Below are positions 1-7,833 of a stretch of DNA of 64,000 nucleotides, in pieces. Each line of letters starts with the position of its first letter. The first letter of the stretch is position 1. The notes beneath the pieces are model-generated. The model made no database searches, had not been told where the DNA came from, and saw only the letters and a program-made list of their open reading frames with translations. Source of the stretch: an uncultured bacterium (GTDB taxonomy: Bacteria > Oederibacteriota > Oederibacteriia > Oederibacteriales > Oederibacteriaceae). Location: the NCBI GenBank assembly GCA_965112635.1, contig OZ218778.1:1664001-1728000 (forward strand), read 5' to 3'. Made by a program: the position numbers and the translations under genes.

Positions 1-2457
1 GAGGCGGATATGTTCATGCGAGACGCTGTCATTAACGAAAGGATTAAAATGCCCAGCAGACTTTATGGTTTTGAGTATTTGGATGGGCATGAGATCTTTT
101 TAGCCTATAAAACCTCTCAGGCTTTCATGCAATATCTTTCCGACAATTATGGACCAGAAAAGATAGGCCAGATATTCAAGAAATTTCAAAAACAACTGAC
201 CATTGGACAGATCATTAAGGAAGTTACCGGAAAGGAGCAGAAGGAGGTAGAAGAGAATTTTCGTTTTCAACTGATGCGTAAATATTGGACCCAGTCCAAT
301 GGCCTAAAAGCAGCTAGGGAATACGCCAAGCAGATGACTTTCCAGTCTAAAGAAGATATCAGTATGAATCTTTCGCCAGCTTGGTCTCCTGATGGAAAGC
401 AAATGGTGTTCCTGGCAGACAAAGCTGGATATCTGGATATTTATCTGATGAATATTGAGACCCAGGAAACGCAGTCTTTGGTGGGCATGAGGTTTGAGTC
501 AATATCAGGGGAAGGTAATCCTGTCTCTTGGTCACCTGATCAAAAGGAATTGGGTTTTGTGGCTCGCGAAAGAGGTAAGGATAAAATTTGCATTTATGAC
601 ATATCCACGCACGTCATCAACAAGATGGACCTCCCTTTGGATGATGTGGGGTCTCCGGTTTGGTCCCCCGATGGAAAGGAGATTGCCTTTAAAGGTTCCA
701 AAGCAGGGCAATCGGACCTCTATGTTGTGGCAGTTTCCGGGGAGGGTTTACGGCAACTTAATAGCGACAGAGCCGACGATACTGCGCCATCCTGGTCTCC
801 GGATGGTCGATGTATCGCTTACACTACCGAAAAGAATTCTTTTAAGCAAATAGCGTTGATCCCGGCCAAAGGGGGTACGCCAACTTTATTAACTGGGGGA
901 GAGGTTGAACATAGAAATCCGCATTGGTCGCCAGACGGACGGAAATTGATCTACTCATCTGATGAAAATGGTTTTTTTTGTTTGTATACTATGAACAGGG
1001 ACGGAAGCCAAATAGAACAGTTAACAAGTACTTTTGAAGGGGATTTTTCACCTTCCTATTCACCAGGAGGCGGAAAAGTTGCATTCTCTAGTTACTCCGA
1101 TTCTTGTTTCAATATTTATGTCTTAACAATACCTTCTGCCACTAGACCCTTAAGTCAAGAAGCTAAGGCGCGGGAGATGAAATTATTGCAGTATGCGGAC
1201 CCCCTAGGCTTGGCTTATCCCTTTGAGCACAAAACTCCCACTCCGGTCCCTGTAGTTCAATCCCAACCAAAATCAGTTGTTGCCATACCGACCGAAATCA
1301 GTGTGACTCTAACGGCTGAGGTCAATCTGTCAGCAGTAAACAAGACGATTACTGCGAATACTCATGTGGATGGGGGCGGAGCCGAGTCCGCCGGAAATGT
1401 CATTACAAAGAAAAAATATGAATTCGAAATGAGCCCAGACCTGTTCCTCCTATTGGCTGGATATGACAGTGCGGCTGGTTTTGTCGGAGGTGGCTATATA
1501 AGCCTTAGCGATATGCCCGGTGACCACCAGATGGTGCTGTACGGGGAGGGTTTGCCTTCCATTCAACAGGTAGTTCAATGCAGTTATACCAACAGCCGTA
1601 GTCTGCTCAATTATGGAATCTCGGCCAGTTATGCGCAGTCTGTCCAGCCCTATCTGGATACCACTACCAATCAAATCAATGATTATAATCAGTTGACGGA
1701 ACAGGTGCAGTTCTATGGAATTCTTCCTTTAAGCCGCTTTGACCGGATAGAAAGTGGCCCCTATGTGAACCGGATGTCAGTAAATTATAATGCCCCTGAT
1801 ATTTCATCCTTTGCGGTGGTTGATACCGGTGTTTTTGCTGCCTATGTTCACGACCAAATTTCACGCGTTTTTATCGAGCCAATATCCGGATTCGGTTTTA
1901 GATTTAATGTTAGCGACAATGAGAAATTAATGGGAGGAAACAGACAATACACTGCTTACTTGGCAGATTTTCAGGATTATTTCAATTTTGGAAGCGGATA
2001 TTGGCGTGAGGCTGTTCTTGGTTTCAATTTAACCGGTGAATTCTTAGATGGAGGATATGCTGATACTAGTACGGGTTTAGCTTCGATCCTTACCTTGGAT
2101 AGTGGGTCCGTGCGCGGCTTGACCACGGAGGAAGCCTACGGTAACAAACTAATCAGCGCAACAGCAGAGTTTAGGATTCCGAGTGTTAAAGAGATCAACT
2201 ACGATGTATCCCTTCCTTTTATCGACGCTTTTATGTTGCGAGACTTATATTTTGCTCTTTTTACCGATTGTGGTTATGTTTGGGATACCCCTGAGGTCGT
2301 AAGTATCAATAAAATCAAAAACAGCGTAGGGACAGGATTGAGATTGGCGGTTTTTGTATTGCAGTCTTACCCTGCTTTACTCCGTTTTGATGTGGCCCAA
2401 AGAACTGACAATGGTGATGGACCAGCATATTATTTTGCCTTGGGCGAGAAATTTTAG
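1..2457 (+). CDS. 5'-truncated outer-membrane protein: tail of a putative peptidase MA-like domain, TolB-like PD40 beta-propeller, C-terminal Omp85/BamA-like barrel
   Basis: Frame is open from base 1. Repeated P-x-WSPDG motifs; Pro/Thr linker; C-terminal barrel motifs (ATAEFRIP, FTDCGYVW, SVGTGLR, LRFDVA) ending in aromatic F. Confidence 0.8.
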   Translation, partial: EADMFMRDAVINERIKMPSRLYGFEYLDGHEIFLAYKTSQAFMQYLSDNYGPEKIGQIFKKFQKQLTIGQIIKEVTGKEQKEVEENFRFQLMRKYWTQSNGLKAAREYAKQMTFQSKEDISMNLSPAWSPDGKQMVFLADKAGYLDIYLMNIETQETQSLVGMRFESISGEGNPVSWSPDQKELGFVARERGKDKICIYDISTHVINKMDLPLDDVGSPVWSPDGKEIAFKGSKAGQSDLYVVAVSGEGLRQLNSDRADDTAPSWSPDGRCIAYTTEKNSFKQIALIPAKGGTPTLLTGGEVEHRNPHWSPDGRKLIYSSDENGFFCLYTMNRDGSQIEQLTSTFEGDFSPSYSPGGGKVAFSSYSDSCFNIYVLTIPSATRPLSQEAKAREMKLLQYADPLGLAYPFEHKTPTPVPVVQSQPKSVVAIPTEISVTLTAEVNLSAVNKTITANTHVDGGGAESAGNVITKKKYEFEMSPDLFLLLAGYDSAAGFVGGGYISLSDMPGDHQMVLYGEGLPSIQQVVQCSYTNSRSLLNYGISASYAQSVQPYLDTTTNQINDYNQLTEQVQFYGILPLSRFDRIESGPYVNRMSVNYNAPDISSFAVVDTGVFAAYVHDQISRVFIEPISGFGFRFNVSDNEKLMGGNRQYTAYLADFQDYFNFGSGYWREAVLGFNLTGEFLDGGYADTSTGLASILTLDSGSVRGLTTEEAYGNKLISATAEFRIPSVKEINYDVSLPFIDAFMLRDLYFALFTDCGYVWDTPEVVSINKIKNSVGTGLRLAVFVLQSYPALLRFDVAQRTDNGDGPAYYFALGEKF

Positions 2458-2530
2458 GCCTTTTGCAGGACCAAAGAAAGACCACTGATCCAATCAACTG
2501 CCAATCGTATTACCTGTGGCAATTGCACAA

Positions 2531-4036
2531 CTATTTCTTTGCTGCAGGGCGTTTTTTAGCCTTATCACTTTCCAGGGCATTCCGGGTAGCTTCTTCCGCA
2601 TTCTTTCTCATCTGGGCGATATTTTTGGTGACCAGGCGAGCCGCACCTTTATATTGTTTTGTTTTAATGAGCTTGCCGGTTTTCAGCCTTTTACGGGCTG
2701 CGGCAATGGCTTTTTTGTACTGAGGCAGCCACCGGGCCTGGGCCACCAGCATTTCATCCACCATCTGCCAGACCTCTGGCGGATTGCAGACAGCCCCGAC
2801 CAGGGGGTCCATCAGCATGGCCTGGCGCAGCAGCAGATCATCACCGTGGACCGCGGCTTCTACGGCTAACCGCTGCACTGTTATGCTGGCGTTACAAACC
2901 GCCGCGCATCCCAGGGGCAGGTCTCCTACACGGGGGATATTGATGCCGTTCCGGTCAACATAACCAGGGACTTCAACGATGGCATCGTCGGGCAGGTTGG
3001 TGATGCATCCGTTGTTGACCACATTAAAATAGCCCCGGTAGATGCGCCCGGTTTCCAAACCTTCGATAATATAACTGCCATGTTCCGAGCTTCTTTTTTC
3101 TGAGGGTATTTTTTCCGGAGGTTCGCTCAATAATTTAGGAAATTCACTTTCAAACCAGTTGCGTCCTTCCGTGCATACCCGCAAGTAACCGCCGGTTTCG
3201 CCGTTGATCCATGTTCCCAGGTCGATCCATTTTTTGATTTCTTGCGGGCGCTTGCGGTACCAGGGAACATACTCGCTCAGGTGGCCGTTGGATTCCGTGC
3301 TGTAGTAGCCGAACCGGCGCAGCATATCAATACGAACTTTTTCCGTTTTGCTGAATTCCGGATGTTTCTCATAGGCAGCAAGCAACTTTCCGGTCAAATC
3401 CTGGCCTTTATGCTGTACCTTGATGAACCAGGTTTGGTGGTTGATGCCGGCCGCGATGATATCCAATTCGCTTTGTTTGATACCCAGCAATTCCGAGATC
3501 TGCCAATATACCCCCTGCACCCCGTGACAAAGGCCGACGGTCGGGACGCTTCCGTAGACATTAGCGGCCCAGGTCATCATGGCATTAGGGTTGGCATAGT
3601 TCAAAAGCCGGCAGCCGGGAGCAGCCACCTCACGAATATCCTTGCAAAAATCCAGGATGGCGGCGATACCGCGCTGGCCATACATAATGCCTCCGGCACA
3701 GAGTGTGTCCCCGACACATTGGTCCACTCCATAACGGAGGGGAATTTCCACATCCGTCTTGAAACCTTCCAGCCTGCCGATGCGCGCCACACAAAATACA
3801 TAATTGGCTCCCTTAACGGCTTTGCGTCGGTCTAGGGTGCTGGTGAGGCGGGTTGGAAGATTGTTTGCTTTGATATCCCGTTGCAACAGGCGCTCCACCA
3901 TGCGCAGGTTGAACCTGCTGATATCCATTAAAGCGATCTCGCAATCCTGGAGCTCAGGTACGCTCAGCAGGTCCTGCACGAGTTTACGCGTGAATCCAAC
4001 GCTGCCGGCGCCTATAAAAGCAATTTTAAGCCCCAT
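2531..4036 (-). CDS. melA: Family 4 glycosyl hydrolase (NAD+/Mn2+-dependent alpha-galactosidase, MelA-like)
   Basis: KIAFIGAGSVGF Rossmann start, GDTLCAGG, LNYANP, VGLCHG, AGINHQ, TESNGHLSEY. Start moved to ATG 4036 (or GTG 4039) behind an AGGAGG SD at 4044-4049. Confidence 0.88.
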   Translation of the reverse strand: MGLKIAFIGAGSVGFTRKLVQDLLSVPELQDCEIALMDISRFNLRMVERLLQRDIKANNLPTRLTSTLDRRKAVKGANYVFCVARIGRLEGFKTDVEIPLRYGVDQCVGDTLCAGGIMYGQRGIAAILDFCKDIREVAAPGCRLLNYANPNAMMTWAANVYGSVPTVGLCHGVQGVYWQISELLGIKQSELDIIAAGINHQTWFIKVQHKGQDLTGKLLAAYEKHPEFSKTEKVRIDMLRRFGYYSTESNGHLSEYVPWYRKRPQEIKKWIDLGTWINGETGGYLRVCTEGRNWFESEFPKLLSEPPEKIPSEKRSSEHGSYIIEGLETGRIYRGYFNVVNNGCITNLPDDAIVEVPGYVDRNGINIPRVGDLPLGCAAVCNASITVQRLAVEAAVHGDDLLLRQAMLMDPLVGAVCNPPEVWQMVDEMLVAQARWLPQYKKAIAAARKRLKTGKLIKTKQYKGAARLVTKNIAQMRKNAEEATRNALESDKAKKRPAAKK

Positions 4037-4090
4037 CACCAAACCTCCTGTATGAAATTTTATGGAAAGAAGCTGTAACTTAGAAAAATA

Positions 4091-4099
4091 ATTATAGCA
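4091..4099 (-). promoter_or_regulatory. Extended -10 promoter for the GH4 gene
   Basis: TGCTATAAT on the minus strand about 55 nt upstream of the start. Confidence 0.55.
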
Positions 4100-4187
4100 C
4101 TCCTTATTAAAAAAAAGGGAGCGCAAAAGCAGGCGTGCGTAGGGATGCGACACCTGCGGTTCTACTGGCAAACAAGATTTGAGTACG

Positions 4188-4216
4188 TTGCTTTTTAAAT
4201 ATTGCATTGGTATAGT
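4188..4216 (+). promoter_or_regulatory. Sigma70-type promoter for the M23 peptidase operon
   Basis: TTGCTT-17nt-TATAGT with TG at -15/-14, followed by a GGAGGA SD and TTG start. Confidence 0.55.
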
Positions 4217-4239
4217 TAATTAACGGAGGAAATATTCCA

Positions 4240-5163
4240 TTGAATAATCAACATAGAGGTTTATGGCATTTTCTATTCAGGGCTGTGTGGACCATTATGT
4301 TTATTCCCCATAGCCAACGCCGTACTGTGGCTTTACGCATACCCGTAGCGTTGACGTATTTAGTGATTTTTTGTTTTTTGGGTTCCTTAGGGTGGTCCCT
4401 ATTTATTATTTCCAGGCATATTCAATATGAATCTGTGATCAAAGACACGCAAAGGCTACGCGAGGAAAAAAGTTTATTTGCCGCAGAATTATCAAAAGGC
4501 AATGATGCCTTACAGAGAGTTGCCTACCTCGAATCATCCCTTAAGAAAATTATTAAGAAGGCTGATATCAAAACAAAGAAGTTGGTCATTGGATACCTTG
4601 GACAAGGTGGACCCACAGAAGATGATCAGGTGAATTTGCAGCGTATTTTGGAGAAAAGGGCTGATATTTCTCCGGAAGATTTGCTCAGGCAGGTTGAAAA
4701 ATTTAACCGTGATGCCGAGGAAAGGGAGAAGAATTTTGGTGAACTCGTTGAATCTTTTACTGCCATTCCGTTCGGCCTTCCGGTCAAAGGTTGGATTACC
4801 TCGACCTTTGGCGAGAGAGTTTCTCCTGTCAGCGGGGAAGCCGGAGATTTTCACTGGGGAGTAGATATTGCCAATGTTAAGGGAACTCCAGTCCATACCA
4901 CCGCTGACGGGGTCGTGACTTTTGCTGGTGAAGAAGGTGGTTATGGTAAGCTTGTGGTCATCCAGCACGGTTTTGGCTATACAACACGTTATGGCCATAA
5001 CAACCTTATTCAGGTGGTTCTTGGGCAAAAGGTCAAGAGGGGCGATGTTATTAGTTTTATGGGCTCAACGGGATATACCACAGGGACCCATTGCCATTAT
5101 GAAATAAGAAGGTATGGTATTCCTGTCAATCCTTTGAATAAGCAATTTGGTTATGCGGATTAA
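4240..5163 (+). CDS. M23 family (LytM) peptidoglycan metallopeptidase with N-terminal TM helix and coiled coil
   Basis: HWGVD (HxxxD), YGH, STGYTTGTHCHYE (HxH) motifs. Confidence 0.92.
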   Translation: MNNQHRGLWHFLFRAVWTIMFIPHSQRRTVALRIPVALTYLVIFCFLGSLGWSLFIISRHIQYESVIKDTQRLREEKSLFAAELSKGNDALQRVAYLESSLKKIIKKADIKTKKLVIGYLGQGGPTEDDQVNLQRILEKRADISPEDLLRQVEKFNRDAEEREKNFGELVESFTAIPFGLPVKGWITSTFGERVSPVSGEAGDFHWGVDIANVKGTPVHTTADGVVTFAGEEGGYGKLVVIQHGFGYTTRYGHNNLIQVVLGQKVKRGDVISFMGSTGYTTGTHCHYEIRRYGIPVNPLNKQFGYAD

Positions 5164-5204
5164 AAACGCCAGGAGTCGGTCATGAAAGATAAGGATTTTC
5201 TTTG

Positions 5205-5561
5205 ATGAATTTTGGGAAAATTGAAACAGTTGTCGGTAATGGTACTGAGATAAAGGGTAATATTGTTACAAAGGGGACAATTCGAGTGGACGGGAGAGTA
5301 GAAGGAGAAATTATCAGTGAAGAAGGTGTTGTGGTTGGCGAAACAGGCATCGTTAGGGGTGATTTGACAGGAAAAAGCGTTATTGTCGGCGGTAAGGTGA
5401 CTGGGGATGTCAGCTCCCATAGCACGGTTGAATTATTACCTACGGCACAGTTGGTTGGTGATGTAAGAGCAGTGCGCTTGGTTATTGCCGAAGGGGTTGT
5501 TTTTGACGGAAACTGCGAAACCGTTAAAGATAAGTCCGAAGGTGAAAGAAAAAATAAGTAG
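5205..5561 (+). CDS. Bactofilin (polymer-forming cytoskeletal protein, CcmA family)
   Basis: TVVGNGTEIKGNI...IRVDGRVEGEI...GKVTGDV...IAEGVVFDGNC beta-helix pattern; exact start uncertain (see findings). Confidence 0.92.
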   Translation: MNFGKIETVVGNGTEIKGNIVTKGTIRVDGRVEGEIISEEGVVVGETGIVRGDLTGKSVIVGGKVTGDVSSHSTVELLPTAQLVGDVRAVRLVIAEGVVFDGNCETVKDKSEGERKNK

Positions 5562-5591
5562 ATTCTCTTAAGCCACGATAAGGAGATCCAT

Positions 5592-6479
5592 ACGAATATT
5601 CAGGGTTTATCCCAAAAACCTAAAGTAAAAGATCTCATTGCCATCCTTGAGAAAATGAAAAAGGTTATTGTGGCTTTTTCTGCGGGGGTAGACAGCACTT
5701 TCTTGTTGAAGTGTGCTTGCGACGTTTTGGGGATACAGAATGTATTGGCTGTGACTGCCGACTCATTATCGTTTAGTAGTGATGATTTAGAGGCAGCCAA
5801 GAGGGTAGCGAGAGAGATAGGCGCACGCCAATTAATCATTAAAACGGATGAATTTGGGGATGAAAATTTTTTGACCAATCCATTGAACCGCTGTTACTTC
5901 TGCAAAAAAGATTTATATCAAAAACTGATTTTGATAGCTCAACGAGAACAATATTTTTATGTCGTTGATGGATTTAATGTTAATGATTTGTCTGATTTCA
6001 GGCCTGGGCATGTGGCAGCAAAGGAGTTGGAAGTCAGGCATCCCTTACACGAAGCTGGCTTTGCTAAAGAAGAAATCAGGGATGCGGCGAAGGTTTTGGG
6101 TCTTTCTGTTTGGGACAGGCCAGCCGAAGCTTGTCTGGCCTCGCGTTTTCCCTACAATACACGGATTACCAAAGAAGCTGTAAAAAAAGTTGAGCTTGCA
6201 GAAAAATTTTTAAAGCAATTATTGAATGTTGACCAGGTTAGAGTTAGGTTTCACGGAAATATAGCGCGTATTGAATTGAAAGCAGCTGATCTCTCCAAAG
6301 TTTTTCTTAATGGAAGTAATAAAATGATAGTGGCAAAGCTCAAGGAGTTTGGATTTAACTATGTCACATTAGATTTGGAAGGGTACCGTGCGGGAAGTTT
6401 AAATGAGGCAGTTTCAGAGAATTCCAAACAAAATGTCTCACTAATTCGAAAAATTCCGTTGCGCGAAAAAATTAGCTAA
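5592..6479 (+). CDS. larE: LarE-family ATP-dependent sulfur transferase
   Basis: AFSAGVDS PP-loop, NRCYFCK, DFRPG, ACLASRFPY, VRVRFHGNIARIE, LDLEGYRAGSLN. The first ATG is 5655, but LarE-like sequence and an SD extend upstream to ACG 5592. Confidence 0.85.
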   Translation, partial: TNIQGLSQKPKVKDLIAILEKMKKVIVAFSAGVDSTFLLKCACDVLGIQNVLAVTADSLSFSSDDLEAAKRVAREIGARQLIIKTDEFGDENFLTNPLNRCYFCKKDLYQKLILIAQREQYFYVVDGFNVNDLSDFRPGHVAAKELEVRHPLHEAGFAKEEIRDAAKVLGLSVWDRPAEACLASRFPYNTRITKEAVKKVELAEKFLKQLLNVDQVRVRFHGNIARIELKAADLSKVFLNGSNKMIVAKLKEFGFNYVTLDLEGYRAGSLNEAVSENSKQNVSLIRKIPLREKIS

Positions 6480-6560
6480 ATTCTCAAGTTTTGGCGATTG
6501 AAATTCAGATTTAATTTAGGAATGACAAGCTTAAAATTTTTAATTAGAGGCTAAATATCA

Positions 6561-7697
6561 ATGAATATCGGGATTGTTACTGATACTTACCGGCCAAGGG
6601 TTAATGGGGTTGTGGCGTCTATCGATACCTTTGCCAATGAATTTAGGAAATTAGGGCACAATGTCTATATTTTTGCTCCCTCTTTCCCGAAAGTACAAGA
6701 GGAAAAGGACCTTTATCGTTTTCCTTCGTTGTATTTATTTTTTGATCCAGAAGATCGGTTGCCAATCCCATGGAATTCAAAGATCGTCAATAAAATATCA
6801 CAGTTAAATTTGGATGTGATCCATACCCAGACGCCATTCACTTTAGGAATAGCAGCAATAAAATGGGCTAAAAGAAATAGTATTCCTTTGGTACATACTT
6901 ACCACACTTTATTCACTTCCTATGTTGAACATTACCTAAAATTTATCCCTAAGAAATGGGGTATTAGTTGGGCAAAAGGATTTAGCCGATGGTACTGCAA
7001 TAAATGCCAGTTGATTATAACCCCATCCTCACAAATGAAGGAAAGCGTTTTGAGTTATGGCGTCAAGGCGCCGATTGAAATTAATCCTACCGGGATTAAT
7101 ATGAGTAAGTTCCAGACTTTTAGTGGCCAAGATTTTAGGAACAAGTTTGGAGTCAACCAAGATGAAGTAATGTTGCTTTTTATGGGAAGGATGGGACGCG
7201 AGAAAAACGTTGATTTTCTTTTCCGTGTATTACAAAGAGTGTTGAAGGTGATTCCTAAGACACGGTTGGTTGTAGCTGGTGAAGGACCTGCTAAAGCCGA
7301 TTTAGTTAAGCTTGCAGGAGATATGGGATTAAAAAATAATATTCTTTTCTTGGGCTATTTTTCTCCCCAAGACTGGGTAAATTGTTACGCTGCGGCCGAC
7401 CTTTTTACTTTTGCTTCAATAACCGAAACCCAGGGTTTAGTTGTCACTGAAGCGATGGCTGTTGGAACCCCCGTGGTGGCAGTCGGAGAGATGGGTGTGG
7501 CTGATGTTATGAAAGGTGATAAGGGTGGGATTTTAACCAAACTTGATGAGGAAGAATTCACGCAATCTGTCTTGAAATTGCTTGCAGATAAAGCACTTTA
7601 TGCTACTAAAAAGAAAGAGGCATTTGAATGGGCTAAGGAATGGTCTTCCCAATCCATGGCTAAAAGGTTGTTGAAATATTACGAAAACCTCAAATAA
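6561..7697 (+). CDS. GT4 glycosyltransferase (monoglycosyldiacylglycerol synthase-like)
   Basis: TDTYRPRVNGV, HTYHT, GRMGREKN, SITETQGLVVTEAMAVGTPVV. Confidence 0.88.
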   Translation: MNIGIVTDTYRPRVNGVVASIDTFANEFRKLGHNVYIFAPSFPKVQEEKDLYRFPSLYLFFDPEDRLPIPWNSKIVNKISQLNLDVIHTQTPFTLGIAAIKWAKRNSIPLVHTYHTLFTSYVEHYLKFIPKKWGISWAKGFSRWYCNKCQLIITPSSQMKESVLSYGVKAPIEINPTGINMSKFQTFSGQDFRNKFGVNQDEVMLLFMGRMGREKNVDFLFRVLQRVLKVIPKTRLVVAGEGPAKADLVKLAGDMGLKNNILFLGYFSPQDWVNCYAAADLFTFASITETQGLVVTEAMAVGTPVVAVGEMGVADVMKGDKGGILTKLDEEEFTQSVLKLLADKALYATKKKEAFEWAKEWSSQSMAKRLLKYYENLK

Positions 7698-7738
7698 AAC
7701 CAATGGTTTCCTGCCTAAAATTTATTTCAAATAAATCC

Positions 7739-7768
7739 TAGACATTTGCCGTTTAATTAGAGTAATAT
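7739..7768 (+). promoter_or_regulatory. Putative rpoBC promoter
   Basis: TAGACA-18nt-TAATAT. Confidence 0.45.
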
Positions 7769-7833
7769 ACGTATTTCTCTAAAGTCGCTTTTAGGTGTTG
7801 TTTTTTCAGCAAAAAATTGTTGGAAGGAGCAAG

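Noticed and set aside
4129-4157. GC-rich hairpin in the divergent GH4/M23 intergenic region
   Set aside because: Single imperfect copy lying upstream of both predicted promoters; no function can be supported
4037-4207. N-terminal extensions given by the ORF track (GH4, also rpoB, rpsL, rplE, glmU and the cupin)
   Set aside because: Downstream starts have strong SD sequences and match family N-termini; several extensions overlap promoters, terminators or the preceding gene
5200-5206. CTT TGA resembling the prfB +1 frameshift site
   Set aside because: The +1 frame closes after five codons; the bactofilin lies in the -1 frame
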